Shown: positions 9,196 through 19,785, counted from the first letter of the stretch. The stretch: DNA of 64,000 nucleotides from Minisyncoccota bacterium (GCA_041657885.1 JBBABB010000001.1:129094-193093), one strand, 5' to 3'. Translations and numbers: made by a program. Notes: generated from the letters alone by a model not told the origin.

Positions 9196-10325
9196 ATACT
9201 AGAACCTGCTTTTGCGTCTTCCAAATACACAAGAGTCATTCTTTGATCTTTAGCTTCGAATAATGTTATTTGGAAATTATATGTTTTACCTAATTCAAGT
9301 ATCTTTTTTAATTTTTCTTCTGAACCAAACCCTGAATTATGTACTAACCCTGCAACACCTTGCTTGATAGAAACAAGCGCGCCGTGTTTATTGAATTTAA
9401 TGACAACCCCGGAGACAATATCTCCTTTCTTGAGAGTGTTTTCAAATTCATTCCATGGATTTTCTTTTAGAGCTTTAATTGAAAGAGATATTTTGCCATC
9501 TTTTATTTCAATTATTTTTGCCTTAACTTTATCTCCAATCTTAAACATTGTTCGTGGGTCTTCTACTAACCCCCAATCAATTTCAGAAATATGGACTAGT
9601 CCCTCAAGGCCCTCTTCTAATTTTAAGAATATACCAAAGTCTACGATTCCCGCAACGACACATTCTAATTCATTACCGACGGTGTATTTACCAACAATTT
9701 CTTTTCTTTCTTCTGGATTATTGTCTTTCTCTGAGAAGATAAGTTTACCTTCTTTTGGTAGAGCTGAAATCATTACGACATTTATACGTTTACCGATAAG
9801 TAATTTTAGCGCTTTTAATATTTTATCTTTATCAGAATCTTCTACGCGTGGATAGTGGTCACTCTTTAGCTGACTTGCAGGAAGAAATCCGGCAATACCT
9901 TGCCATTCCAAAATAAGTCCACCCTTGTTTGCTTCTTTGATTGTAAGTTCAAGAGCTTCCTTTGATTTAATGATTTTCTCTGCTTCGTTCCAGATGAGAG
10001 CTTGTTTTGCTTCTTTGAGTGATAATTCAACATAACCTTCTTCATTGTCAGTTGAAACAACCTTTGCTTTAACAACATCACCAATATTTACTTTCTTGAT
10101 AATATCTTTCGCATTTATAAACTCTCGTCCGTAAATAATACCGGTACCGAATGGTGCTAGGTCAATATAAACAGATGATTTTTGAATTAAGATCACAGGA
10201 CCTTCGACGAGTGCATCTACTTGAGGTGGAAGCTCTGCTCTATCCAACATTTTACCGATACTAGAAAGCTCTTTTTTTGCATGTTCTGCAATGTTTTCTA
10301 TTATATCTTTGTCTTCTTTTTTCAT
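9192..10325 (-). CDS. rpsA: 30S ribosomal protein S1 (four S1 domains)
   Basis: Repeated S1 domains: GFLPASQL, EGLVHISEI, ISLSIKAL. Confidence 0.88.
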   Translation of the reverse strand: MKKEDKDIIENIAEHAKKELSSIGKMLDRAELPPQVDALVEGPVILIQKSSVYIDLAPFGTGIIYGREFINAKDIIKKVNIGDVVKAKVVSTDNEEGYVELSLKEAKQALIWNEAEKIIKSKEALELTIKEANKGGLILEWQGIAGFLPASQLKSDHYPRVEDSDKDKILKALKLLIGKRINVVMISALPKEGKLIFSEKDNNPEERKEIVGKYTVGNELECVVAGIVDFGIFLKLEEGLEGLVHISEIDWGLVEDPRTMFKIGDKVKAKIIEIKDGKISLSIKALKENPWNEFENTLKKGDIVSGVVIKFNKHGALVSIKQGVAGLVHNSGFGSEEKLKKILELGKTYNFQITLFEAKDQRMTLVYLEDAKAGSSI

Positions 10326-10334
10326 AATAATTTG

Positions 10335-10355
10335 TTGCTAGGTCTTGCCTAGCAA
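10335..10355. repeat. REP-like palindrome (CTAGG-N5-CCTAG)
   Basis: TTGCTAGG-TCTTG-CCTAGCAA; related cores at 31653 and 43819. Confidence 0.55.
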
Positions 10356-10490
10356 ATAAAAAAACCGCATCTTGCGGCGCAGTTGAAGATCTTTTTGTTT
10401 CTATAAACTAAACACAAAAAGGGTTAACCTTCAAACCGAGCTTATAACAGGTTTAATATATCACAAAAGGGAATATCTTGCAAGCCAGTT

Positions 10491-10515
10491 CAGATAGGGG
10501 CTTAGCCCCTATCTG
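10491..10515. repeat. REP palindrome copy 1 (upstream of RAYT)
   Basis: CAGATAGGGGCT-T-AGCCCCTATCTG, 12-bp arms. Confidence 0.95.
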
Positions 10516-10544
10516 GGGAATTTAACTTGTAGTATAATAAAAAT

Positions 10545-11249
10545 ATGAGCATAAGAAAACAACCTTTAGTAACAGGGGAAATGTATCATATTTACAATCG
10601 CGGGGTAGACAAGCGAGATATTTTTTCAGATAAAAATGACATTTATCGTTTTATTGAAAGTATTAAAGAATTTAATAGAATAGAAAAAATAGACAGTCTT
10701 GCAAATCTAAGAAAAATAAAATCAAATTCTCAGATAGGGGCTAAGCCCCTATCTGAAGGACCGTTAGTAGAGATTATAGGATATTGCCTTAATCCTAACC
10801 ACTTTCATTTTATATTAAGACAGTCAAATGATAATGGAATCACTAAATTTATGCATAAACTTCTAGGGGGATATACATCTTATTTTAATATTAAAAATTC
10901 TAGATCAGGGTCTCTATTTCAAGGAACTTTTAAATCACAAACTATAACTAATGAAGATTATTTTAATAAGTTAATAGGTTATGTTAACAAAAACTATCAA
11001 ATTCACAGTATTCCAGAAAATAAAAATGATTTAGTTTTTTCGGGGGATTATGAATATGAAAATAATAAATTCAATATTATTTCTAAAAAAGAAGGGGAAA
11101 ATATTTTAGAGGTTTTTGGAGGTGTAAAAAAATTTAAAAAACATTGTGATGAAATAGTTTCTATTGTTAGAGAGGAAAGAGGTAAAAAATCTTTACTTGA
11201 AGATGAAGATTTGAATGTAATTATAGAAAGTCTCCCAGATAGGGGCTAA
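10545..11249 (+). mobile_element. REP-associated tyrosine transposase (RAYT, IS200/Y1 HUH family)
   Basis: YHIYNRGVDKRDIF, HUH motif YCLNPNHFHF, LFQGTFKS, putative catalytic Tyr in YVNKN; flanked by palindromic REPs. Confidence 0.92.
10731..10755. repeat. REP palindrome copy 2 (in-frame inside RAYT)
   Basis: CAGATAGGGGCT-A-AGCCCCTATCTG, translated as QIGAKPLS. Confidence 0.95.
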
Positions 11250-11260
11250 GCCCCTATCTG
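11236..11260. repeat. REP palindrome copy 3 (contains RAYT stop codon)
   Basis: CAGATAGGGGCTAAGCCCCTATCTG; the TAA at 11247-11249 is the ORF stop. Confidence 0.95.
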
Positions 11261-11325
11261 AGAGATTGGGCGTTTTTGAGAGTTTTACGCTTTGATGTTT
11301 ATAAATTATTTGATATAATAGTAGT

Positions 11326-11952
11326 ATGATTATCACATATTTAGGCAAGCAATTCTTCAAAATCGGACAGGGAAGTTTGACGGTGGCTTTTAATCCTATA
11401 AGTAAGGATTCTAAATTCTCTTCTTTGGCTTCTCATTTTGGCTCTGATATTGCCCTTTCAACTGTAAATCACCCTGATTATAATGGCTTTGACAATGTGT
11501 CTCATGGAGATACTATTCCTTTTGAAATTAATGGCCCTGGGGATTATGAAATTAAAGATATTTTTATAAAAGGAGTCATGACTGAAACAACGCTCTCTGG
11601 CAAAAAATATATCAATACCATTTATTCTCTTTCAATTGAAAATATTTCTTTGTGTTTTCTGGGGGCGATAATGGATGAAAAATTAAGCTCAGCTGTTCTT
11701 GGCCAAATAGGAACTCCTGATATATTATTTATACCAATTGGTAATAATGAATTACTTAGCCCAATAGAAGCATACAAACTCGCTGTGACTCTTGAACCAA
11801 AGATTATTATTCCAATGGATTATGACGAAAAGACATTGAAAGCATTTCTTAAAGAAGCCGGACAAGAAAAAGTAGTACCAATTGAGAAGCTTACAATAAA
11901 AGCAAAAGAATTAGCAAGTCGTGAAGGTGAGATTGTCGTATTATCATCATAA
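11326..11952 (+). CDS. Metallo-beta-lactamase-fold protein (degenerate metal site)
   Basis: MIITYLG...F, GPGDYEIKDI, DILFIPIG, EPKIIIPMDY; canonical HxHxDH replaced by NHPDYN. Confidence 0.75.
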   Translation: MIITYLGKQFFKIGQGSLTVAFNPISKDSKFSSLASHFGSDIALSTVNHPDYNGFDNVSHGDTIPFEINGPGDYEIKDIFIKGVMTETTLSGKKYINTIYSLSIENISLCFLGAIMDEKLSSAVLGQIGTPDILFIPIGNNELLSPIEAYKLAVTLEPKIIIPMDYDEKTLKAFLKEAGQEKVVPIEKLTIKAKELASREGEIVVLSS

Positions 11953-11970
11953 TTTTTTTTATTTTAATTT

Positions 11971-12303
11971 ATGCGTAAATATATAAAAAAATTACAATCT
12001 AAATCGGAAAATACTCGCAAGCAAATACTTGTCGGGTCTCTTATCATTTGTATGTCTTTTGTTTTTCTAATCTGGATAGGAAGTTTAGGATACAGGTTTA
12101 GCAATAAAGAAACTTCTGCACAAGCAAAAGAAGCCATAAAACCATTTGCACTTTTTGGGAAAACAATTTCTGATACATATAATAATGTAAGTGCAAGTGT
12201 TGGGAATATATCATTACAATTAAAAAAAGAAGAATCAAAAACAGAGATGAAGACAGAAACAAAACAGCAGATAGACCTTATTCCAGTAGAATATCAACAA
12301 TAA
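11971..12303 (+). CDS. Hypothetical single-TM protein
   Basis: Clean ORF in operon with gyrA, one TM helix. Confidence 0.7.
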   Translation: MRKYIKKLQSKSENTRKQILVGSLIICMSFVFLIWIGSLGYRFSNKETSAQAKEAIKPFALFGKTISDTYNNVSASVGNISLQLKKEESKTEMKTETKQQIDLIPVEYQQ

Positions 12304-12306
12304 TTT

Positions 12307-14760
12307 ATGGCTAAAGAAAAAGAAGAAGAAATAAAAGATAAACATATTAACGTTGTTTCTGTGGACATAAGCACAGAGATGAAAGAATCGTTCATAGATT
12401 ATGCTATGTCAGTTATTACTGACCGTGCGCTTCCTGATGTTCGTGATGGATTAAAGCCAGTTCATAGACGTATTTTATATGCTATGTATGAAATGGGGTT
12501 AACACACCAAGGACGCTTTCGCAAAAGTGCGGCCGTAGTCGGAGATGTGCTCGGGAAATATCATCCACATGGAGATGTCGCAGTTTATGACTCTATGGTG
12601 AACATGGCCCAAGATTTTTCTTATCGTTATCCTTTAATTCATGGTCAAGGAAACTTTGGTTCTATAGATGGCGATGGAGCTGCTGCGATGCGTTATACAG
12701 AAGCTAAAATGTCCAAGGTTTCATCTCTATTACTTTTAAATCTAGAAAAGGAAACTGTAGATTTCCGACCAAATTACGACCAGACCCGCAAAGAGCCAAT
12801 CGTTTTGCCAACTGCCGTGCCAAGTTTGATTTTAAATGGCACTCTCGGTATTGCCGTTGGAATGGCAACTAATATACCACCACATAATTTATCTGAAGTT
12901 ATAGATGCGACTGTTCACTTGATAGACAACAAAGATGCTACAACTGAAGACCTGATGGAATTTATTAAAGGACCGGATTTTCCAGTCGGTGGTGTCGTTT
13001 ATGGTCAGGCAGATTTACTTCATGCTTATTCTACTGGACGCGGAGGAGTAGTTACTCGTGGTGAAGCGGAGATAGTTGAGCAAAAGAGTGAAACTTTTCA
13101 AATAATAATTACCTCAATCCCATATCGTGTAAACAAATCCGCGCTTATTGAATCAATCGCTCTTCTTATTCAAGAGAAAAAACTTGAAGGGATAAAAGGA
13201 CTTCGCGATGAATCAACCAAAGATATTCGCGTAGTTATTGACCTCAAGAGTGGAGTTTTCCCACAAAAAGTTTTAAATTATATTTACAAGCATACTCAAC
13301 TAGAGCAGTCATTTAATTTCAATATTGTGGCATTAGTTGATGGAGTTCCCCAGACCTTATCGCTCAAAAGTTTGCTTAGTGAATTTATTTCCCACCGCGA
13401 GATTGTGGTTCGTCGTCGAACTGAATATGATTTAAGAAAAGCCACAGAAAGAGAACATATACTTTTGGGACTCAAGAAAGCACTTGACCATATAGATAGG
13501 GTTATTTCTGTTATTCGAGCATCAAAAGATACAATAGTGGCTAAATTAAATTTGATGAAAGAGTTTAAGTTTTCTGAAATACAAGCAATTGCAATTCTTG
13601 AAATGAAACTTCAGAAGTTGGCAGGGCTTGAGCGTAAAAATGTAGAACTTGAATTAAAAGAAAAACAAGAATTAATCAAAGAATTAGAAGCTTTACTTGC
13701 AAGCCCCAAAAAAATGATGACTGTTATTTCAGATGAACTCAAAGATATAAAAGAAAAATACAGTGATGTTAGACGTACTCGTATTATAAAAGGAGGGGTA
13801 AAAGCAATTAACGAAGAAGATCTTATTCCAGAAAAAGAATCGGTTCTAGTATTTACCAAGGGTGGCTATGTCAAGCGAACAGACCCATCTGAATATCATA
13901 CACAGAAACGTGGTGGTGTAGGGGTCATAGACATAGAACCAAAAGAAGAAGATTTTGTCACAATGCTAATATCGGCAAATACTCATAGTGATTTATTATT
14001 CTTCACTAATTTGGGCAAAGCATATCAGATAAAGATGTATGATATTCCAGAAGGAAAACGTGCGACAAAAGGTAAGTCCATAATGAATTTCATTTCTTTA
14101 AGTGCTGATGAAAAAGTGACTTCTATCTTACCGATAGATAAAGAAACAAAAAAGATAATAGAAAATTTAATGATGGTCACTAAAATGGGCATAGCTAAAA
14201 AAGTCGGAGCGGAAAGCTTTAAAGATGTTCGTAGAAGCGGTTTAATTGCGATTAAACTTGATAAGGAAGATGAGTTACAAGCAGTTCTTGCCGTAGCAAA
14301 AGGGGATGATGTTGCGCTCGCGACAACTTTAGGGCAATCTATCAGATTTAAAGAAACAGACGTGAGAGAAATGGGACGTGGAGCAGGAGGTGTCAGAGCT
14401 ATTAAGTTAGGCAAAGGTGATTTTGTTATAGGAGTGGATAGGGTGCCTCGCGGAGAAATCAAACTTTCTATTCTTACTTTGAGCTCAAATGGTTTTGGTA
14501 AAAAAACTAATATAAAGGAATATAAGACCCAAAAACGGGGAGGTTCTGGTATCAAAACGGCGAAAGTCACCCCAAAAACAGGCAAGCTAATAGTGGCAAA
14601 AATAGTTGGGGAGGAAAATGAAATTATTGCAGTGTCTCAAAAAGGGCAAGTAATTCGAGTAAGTTTGAGTTCTATTCCTACTTCTGGCCGTCAGACTCAA
14701 GGAGTAACTGTGATGAAGTTAAGAGGTGGGGACAATATTGCATCAATTACGTGTTTGTAA
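12307..14760 (+). CDS. gyrA: DNA gyrase subunit A
   Basis: [29 protein letters not shown], GyrA-box QKRGGVG. Confidence 0.98.
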   Translation: MAKEKEEEIKDKHINVVSVDISTEMKESFIDYAMSVITDRALPDVRDGLKPVHRRILYAMYEMGLTHQGRFRKSAAVVGDVLGKYHPHGDVAVYDSMVNMAQDFSYRYPLIHGQGNFGSIDGDGAAAMRYTEAKMSKVSSLLLLNLEKETVDFRPNYDQTRKEPIVLPTAVPSLILNGTLGIAVGMATNIPPHNLSEVIDATVHLIDNKDATTEDLMEFIKGPDFPVGGVVYGQADLLHAYSTGRGGVVTRGEAEIVEQKSETFQIIITSIPYRVNKSALIESIALLIQEKKLEGIKGLRDESTKDIRVVIDLKSGVFPQKVLNYIYKHTQLEQSFNFNIVALVDGVPQTLSLKSLLSEFISHREIVVRRRTEYDLRKATEREHILLGLKKALDHIDRVISVIRASKDTIVAKLNLMKEFKFSEIQAIAILEMKLQKLAGLERKNVELELKEKQELIKELEALLASPKKMMTVISDELKDIKEKYSDVRRTRIIKGGVKAINEEDLIPEKESVLVFTKGGYVKRTDPSEYHTQKRGGVGVIDIEPKEEDFVTMLISANTHSDLLFFTNLGKAYQIKMYDIPEGKRATKGKSIMNFISLSADEKVTSILPIDKETKKIIENLMMVTKMGIAKKVGAESFKDVRRSGLIAIKLDKEDELQAVLAVAKGDDVALATTLGQSIRFKETDVREMGRGAGGVRAIKLGKGDFVIGVDRVPRGEIKLSILTLSSNGFGKKTNIKEYKTQKRGGSGIKTAKVTPKTGKLIVAKIVGEENEIIAVSQKGQVIRVSLSSIPTSGRQTQGVTVMKLRGGDNIASITCL

Positions 14761-14776
14761 AAAAATAAAATATTTT

Positions 14777-15208
14777 ATGATAAAAATTCCATACTACGAA
14801 AACTCATATTTTGCTTTACATAATTTTTCTGCTCATTCCATTAAATACAATGGCGTTATTTATACAACAGTCGAACATGCATTTCACTCAGTAAAATTTG
14901 ATGATGAAAATATAAAGGAGGAAATTAGAAAGGCTAGAAGTCCATTTGAAGCTTATGAATTAGGGAAGAAATATAAATCATTTAGAAAAACAAATTGGGA
15001 TGAGATAAAAGTGAGTGTTTTGTATGAGATAATTACAGAAAAAGTTAAGCAACATGAAGAAGTTAAGAAAGTACTATTATCTACAAATAAAGAGGAAATA
15101 GTTGAAGATAATCCAAACGATGATTTTTGGGGTAATGGAAAAGATGGTAATGGTCAAAACCAAACTGGCAAAATTTTAATGAAAATTAGGTCAGAGTTAA
15201 AATCTTGA
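14777..15208 (+). CDS. NADAR/YbiA family protein
   Basis: LHNFS, TVEHAFHSVKF, W..IKV, IVEDNPNDDFWG, GQNQTGKILMKIR. Confidence 0.88.
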   Translation: MIKIPYYENSYFALHNFSAHSIKYNGVIYTTVEHAFHSVKFDDENIKEEIRKARSPFEAYELGKKYKSFRKTNWDEIKVSVLYEIITEKVKQHEEVKKVLLSTNKEEIVEDNPNDDFWGNGKDGNGQNQTGKILMKIRSELKS

Positions 15209-15237
15209 TCAACCATGGTTATTTAAAGTAAAACTAA

Positions 15238-15273
15238 TTTGCAATAAATATACAGGGGTGGATTTATTGCAAA
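15238..15273. repeat. Palindrome upstream of PaaX-like gene
   Basis: TTTGCAATAAAT-ATACAGGGGTGG-ATTTATTGCAAA. Confidence 0.85.
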
Positions 15274-15301
15274 ATAAATTTGTTTATAATAGTATGTAGA
15301 T

Positions 15302-15880
15302 ATGTCTGAAATAGAGAAAGAATTAAGAAAAGAAAGAAAAAAGACAAATATACAAAAAATTATTTTAAGCTCTATTGCTACTGCTGGAATATTAAGTGTT
15401 GCACTTCTGGCACCCAATGCACTTCAAGTATTAAAATCTCTTGGTTTAGATAAAAAATTGAAAAATTTTAGAAATGATACAAATCGTTCACTTTCAAGAC
15501 TCCTATCCTCTGGTTTAGTCGTCTTTATTGAAGAGAATGGGAAAAAATATTTAAAACTTACCGAAAAAGGTAAATTAAAATTAATACGTCTTGAAAAATA
15601 TAATTTTAAATTTAAAAAACCAAGAAAATGGGATAAAAAATGGCGAATAGTGATTTTTGATATTCCTCAAAAAAGAAGATTACAAAGGGATAATTTAAGA
15701 TTCACTTTAAAACAAATTGGATTTATAAAATTACAACATAGTGTTTGGGTTTATCCATATGATTGTGAAGACCTAATTACTTTATTGAAATTAGATTTTA
15801 AAATAGGTAGGGAGATTCTATATATTATTGCTGATAAAATTGAAAATGATAAGATTTTGAAAGAGTGTTTTAAATTATAA
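15302..15880 (+). CDS. PaaX-like protein (wHTH + Cas2-like central domain)
   Basis: LKLTEKGK wing, WDKKWRIVIFDIPQKRR..RD.LR..LK.IGF..LQHSVWVYPYDC. Confidence 0.85.
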   Translation: MSEIEKELRKERKKTNIQKIILSSIATAGILSVALLAPNALQVLKSLGLDKKLKNFRNDTNRSLSRLLSSGLVVFIEENGKKYLKLTEKGKLKLIRLEKYNFKFKKPRKWDKKWRIVIFDIPQKRRLQRDNLRFTLKQIGFIKLQHSVWVYPYDCEDLITLLKLDFKIGREILYIIADKIENDKILKECFKL

Positions 15881-15907
15881 GAATAGGGGATATTAGATTA
15901 TAAAATT

Positions 15908-15945
15908 TGTTACAATAAATCCACAGGGGTGGATTTATTGTAACA
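15908..15945. repeat. Palindrome downstream of PaaX-like gene
   Basis: TGTTACAATAAATCCAC-AGGG-GTGGATTTATTGTAACA, 17-bp perfect arms; same core as 15238. Confidence 0.9.
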
Positions 15946-16027
15946 GGGAAATAAAAAAAGGGAGGTTTGTTGATAAAAGTTTATACACATTGCTTCTTTT
16001 TTTAATTGCATATGATATAATATATAT

Positions 16028-16555
16028 ATGTTTACTAATCCAGAACAAAATATTTTACATTTAGGACTTACAGAAGGAATGCGTGTAGCAGACTTTGGCG
16101 CAGGGACGGGTTTTTATTCTAAGGCGGCAAGCGCAAAAGTAGGATATACAGGTAAAGTTTATGCCATAGAAGTACAAAAAGATTTAGTGAAAAGGCTTGA
16201 GAGTGAAATAAAAAGTTGGGGTATCTTAAATATAGATTGTATCTGGGGTGATATAGAAAAGAGAAATGGTACAAAAATTTCTGACCAAAGTGTGGATGTA
16301 GTTATTGTGTCCAATGTCTTATTTCAAGCTGAAGACAAGCTTGGGCTTATAGATGAAGCTAAACGTGTTTTAAAGAAAGGCGGTAAGGTTCTTTTGATAG
16401 ATTGGAGTGATTCGTTTGGAGGTATGGGGCCTACAACGGAGAGTGTTGTGACGGAAAGTATGGCAAAAGAATTATTTGAGAAAAGAGGATTTAAATTAGA
16501 AGAAAGTATTTCCACAAGTGCCCATCATTATGGTATAATTTTCAAGTATGAGTAA
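16028..16555 (+). CDS. Class I SAM-dependent methyltransferase
   Basis: VADFGAGTG, VYAIEV, RVLKKGG, HHYG. Confidence 0.9.
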   Translation: MFTNPEQNILHLGLTEGMRVADFGAGTGFYSKAASAKVGYTGKVYAIEVQKDLVKRLESEIKSWGILNIDCIWGDIEKRNGTKISDQSVDVVIVSNVLFQAEDKLGLIDEAKRVLKKGGKVLLIDWSDSFGGMGPTTESVVTESMAKELFEKRGFKLEESISTSAHHYGIIFKYE

Positions 16556-17855
16556 TTTCCAGACAATTTTAATCGCAATCTTTTTGTCTTTTTTTGTTTT
16601 TGCTGTTTTGATATTCTCGGGAGTTATTAAAATGGGCAGGTCACCTAGTAACAATAGCCCTCAAGGCAAGATTGTTATCTGGGGGATTTTTCCGAATTCC
16701 GCATTAGCAGGTGTGCTTGAGTCTATAAATTCAAATAACGATGGTTTAAGTTCAAGTTATGTAAAAAAAGATGCATCTACTTACCAGCAAGATTTAATAG
16801 AAGCATTTGCAAATGGAAAAGCTCCAGATTTATTCATCATAACTCCGGATATGCTTCTAAATAATGATAATTTTATATATAAAATACCATATGCCAGTTA
16901 TCCCCAAAAGACATTTACTGATTCATTTATTGAAGGAGCAATTATTTATTTAGATGGACAAAATGTTTTAGGTTTTCCAATCGTTGTTGACCCTATGGTT
17001 TTATATTACAACAAAGATATTCTTACAAATGAGGGTATTGTTTATCCCCCAAAAAGTTGGGATGAATTATTTAATCTTAATCCTTCTTTAACAAAAAGAG
17101 ATAACAGTGGGAAAATTTTTCAAAGCATGATTGCTCTTGGTCAATATAGTAATTTGAACAATGCCAAAGATATACTCGCGACATTACTTATTCAAAATAA
17201 TAATAATATAATAGAAAGGGAAAGTGATTCTAGCTATATTTCTACTTTGAATAATAACCCATCAAAAACGTCTGTTTCCCCTATAGAAGCGGTTCTTAAA
17301 TTCTTTGTAGAATTTTCCAATCCATCAAATACAGCTTACTCTTGGAATCGGTCGCTCCCTAATTCTTTAGACATGTTTACAAGTGGTAAGCTTGCTTTTT
17401 ATCTAGGTAGAGCTAGCGAATTGTTTAATATCCAATCAATCAATCCAAATTTAAGTTTTGATGTAACTCAAATTCCACAAATAAAAAATTCTACAAACAA
17501 ACGTACATATGGTGAAATATATACAGTCGTTGTTAATAAAAATTCTAGTAATATAACATCAGCATTTGGGGTGGCAGGAATGCTAAGTCAAGGGGAGAAT
17601 GCCAAGAATTTAAGCATATCTCTATCACTCCCACCCACCTCTCGAGCTCTTCTTGCTGATAAACCAGTTGACAATCCATATTTGTTCACGTTTTTTGATT
17701 CTGCTCTTATCTCAAGGTCTTGGCTTGACCCAGATAAGGGTAAAAGTGATCTAATTTTTAAAGATTTAGTAGAAAACATATTATCAAACAATCTGTCGGT
17801 CAGCGAAGCTATTAGGAAAGCCCAAGGGCAACTTGAGCTTTTACTTAAGAAATAA
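16548..17855 (+). CDS. Extracellular solute-binding protein (family 1-like), membrane-anchored
   Basis: N-terminal TM, IVIWG, GKAPDLF, LYYNKDIL, PPKSWDEL, FTSGKLAFY. Confidence 0.85.
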   Translation: MSNFQTILIAIFLSFFVFAVLIFSGVIKMGRSPSNNSPQGKIVIWGIFPNSALAGVLESINSNNDGLSSSYVKKDASTYQQDLIEAFANGKAPDLFIITPDMLLNNDNFIYKIPYASYPQKTFTDSFIEGAIIYLDGQNVLGFPIVVDPMVLYYNKDILTNEGIVYPPKSWDELFNLNPSLTKRDNSGKIFQSMIALGQYSNLNNAKDILATLLIQNNNNIIERESDSSYISTLNNNPSKTSVSPIEAVLKFFVEFSNPSNTAYSWNRSLPNSLDMFTSGKLAFYLGRASELFNIQSINPNLSFDVTQIPQIKNSTNKRTYGEIYTVVVNKNSSNITSAFGVAGMLSQGENAKNLSISLSLPPTSRALLADKPVDNPYLFTFFDSALISRSWLDPDKGKSDLIFKDLVENILSNNLSVSEAIRKAQGQLELLLKK

Positions 17856-17857
17856 TT

Positions 17858-18307
17858 ATGTTTAAAAAAACACTACCATTTATTTTAGGATTTATAATAA
17901 TTTTTACCCCCCCTCTTTTAGTTTTAGGGGCAGGTTTAGTTCCTGATTGTAATATGGGGGAGATGATAACTGTACCTAGCCATACAGAAGTGATAGACGG
18001 TAAAACTGTAACTATTCCAGAAAATTATCAATACAAAAATCCATGTAATTTTAATGCACTAATGGAATTAGTTAATACAGTTATTAATTTTATACTTGTC
18101 AAACTCGCGACTCCATTATTTGCTCTTATCCTTGTCTATGTTGGCTGGCTATATCTTAGCGATATGGGCAGTGCAACAAATGTTACAAAATCCAAAACAA
18201 TTTTAAAAAATGCTTTCATTGGTTTTGTTATTGCTCTCGCAGCTTGGCTTATTGTAAAAACCATTCTTCTTAGTTTGGGTTTTACCGGCCCGATGTTTTT
18301 GAGCTAG
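17858..18307 (+). CDS. VirB2/TrbC-type pilin-like protein 1
   Basis: Signal-like N-terminus, LVPDC..C, TM-(TKSKTIL)-IGFVIALAAWLIV hairpin. Confidence 0.8.
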   Translation: MFKKTLPFILGFIIIFTPPLLVLGAGLVPDCNMGEMITVPSHTEVIDGKTVTIPENYQYKNPCNFNALMELVNTVINFILVKLATPLFALILVYVGWLYLSDMGSATNVTKSKTILKNAFIGFVIALAAWLIVKTILLSLGFTGPMFLS

Positions 18308-18320
18308 TTATTATTAATTA

Positions 18321-18440
18321 ATCCCGTACGAAGCGTTTATGGCTAATAACGGGAAGTAAAAAATAAAGTTATATTTATGTCGAGTTTATTAAGTTAATGT
18401 AAGTAACGGAAATGTAAACATTTCCTGCTTCGTACGGGAT
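18321..18440. repeat. MITE-like element, CCCGTA...TACGGG family
   Basis: 14-bp perfect TIR ATCCCGTACGAAGC / GCTTCGTACGGGAT; right end overlaps the next ATG. Confidence 0.75.
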
Positions 18441-18915
18441 GAAAATTTTCAAAACAAAAAAATATAGTATCCTCTCAAATATTTTAAAATATAGTTTTGT
18501 TGTTATGTTTATGTTTATGTTGATTATCCCCGTTCTATTTGTAAATGCAGAAGTGTGTGCTGATGGAAGTGTTAAAACTGTTTGTCCAGACGGAGGTGGT
18601 GCAAATACTCCTGATGGAGGGGGCACAAATATCACAACCAAAATAGATAACCCCCTAGGACCCAAAATAACAGATATTCCTTCTTTTATACAAGAAGTTA
18701 TAGTCATAGTTCTTACTGTTGGAATTCCAATTATTGCTCTTGCTATTATTTATACAGGATTTCTTTTTGTGGAAGCTCAAGGTAATCCTGAAAAGCTTAC
18801 TAAGGCCAAAAAAGCGCTTCTGTACACTCTGATAGGTGGAGCATTATTGCTTGGAGCGTTCGTTATAGCGAATGCTATTGGTAAAACGGTCGATGAGATT
18901 AAAAGTACAACATAA
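18439..18915 (+). CDS. VirB2/TrbC-type pilin-like protein 2
   Basis: IDNPLG, IIYTGFLFVEAQGNPEKLTKAKKALLYTLIG. Confidence 0.85.
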   Translation: MKIFKTKKYSILSNILKYSFVVMFMFMLIIPVLFVNAEVCADGSVKTVCPDGGGANTPDGGGTNITTKIDNPLGPKITDIPSFIQEVIVIVLTVGIPIIALAIIYTGFLFVEAQGNPEKLTKAKKALLYTLIGGALLLGAFVIANAIGKTVDEIKSTT

Positions 18916-18923
18916 TATATTAT

Positions 18924-19277
18924 ATGAATACAATGATTGCTTATGCAGTAGAAAATACAACTGTTGGAGGTGTCGCTTGTGATGTTGCAATAACAAATTT
19001 AACTACTCTTATTAATTTCTTTACTTGCACAATAATGAAAGCAATAGTTCCTTTGCTCGTTTCTTTGGCTATGGCTGGGTTTGTTTATGGGGTCATAAAA
19101 TTTTTTATGAATCCCGATAATGAAGAAAAACGCAAGAATGGGAAAAGTTTTATGCTTTGGGGGGTAGTTTCTTTATTTGTAATAGTAAGTATTTGGGGAT
19201 TGGTCGGGATACTCTCTAATACGTTTTTAAAGGGGGATATTCCAGTTATGCCTTCGCTTCCAGAACCAATAAGGTAG
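18924..19277 (+). CDS. VirB2/TrbC-type pilin-like protein 3
   Basis: FVYGVIKF..DNEEKRKNGKSFMLWGVVSLFVIVSIWGLV. Confidence 0.85.
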   Translation: MNTMIAYAVENTTVGGVACDVAITNLTTLINFFTCTIMKAIVPLLVSLAMAGFVYGVIKFFMNPDNEEKRKNGKSFMLWGVVSLFVIVSIWGLVGILSNTFLKGDIPVMPSLPEPIR

Positions 19278-19408
19278 CGTATTGTATTTTTTATTGATAT
19301 AATGTAATAAGTACGTTTGTGTTTAGTTTTATTTCCTACGGTCGGTGGGATTTAAAAAAATTATTATTAGGTCGTTAATTTATAAAGTTTATATTTAATT
19401 TTTAATTT

Positions 19409-19753
19409 ATGAAAAAAATTATTTCGTTAGGTTTAGTTTTAGGTGCCTTTCCGTTTTTTGTTTTTGCGACAGGAGATGTTGGCAGTATTATATTTCAGAT
19501 AACTGGTTACATTAATTTGATTGTTCCAGTATTAATCACAGTAGCTATTGGTTATTTTATTTGGGGAGTGATTCAATTTATCTCTTCTTCTGAGGAGGAA
19601 GCAAAAAAGAATGGCCGTACAAAGATTATCAATGGACTTATTGGACTCTTTGTTATTGTTGCTTTCTGGGGAATAATTGCTGTTGTTAGAAATACTTTTG
19701 GAATAACTGATAGTAGTGGTACGGCAGGTTCTGACGTAATAATACTTCCATAA
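19409..19753 (+). CDS. VirB2/TrbC-type pilin-like protein 4
   Basis: FIWGVIQFI..EEEAKKNGRTKIINGLIGLFVIVAFWGII. Confidence 0.85.
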   Translation: MKKIISLGLVLGAFPFFVFATGDVGSIIFQITGYINLIVPVLITVAIGYFIWGVIQFISSSEEEAKKNGRTKIINGLIGLFVIVAFWGIIAVVRNTFGITDSSGTAGSDVIILP

Positions 19754-19785
19754 TAATACGTTAGAATTTCTCAATATTAAAATAT

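Noticed and set aside
10545-11249. Classical IS200/IS605 element with tnpB
   Set aside because: No tnpB; longer RAYT-type protein with repeated perfect palindromes rather than distinct left and right ends
15238-15945. CRISPR-Cas locus suggested by a Cas2-like domain and palindromic repeats
   Set aside because: Only two repeat copies 670 nt apart, no spacer array and no cas1 or effector genes
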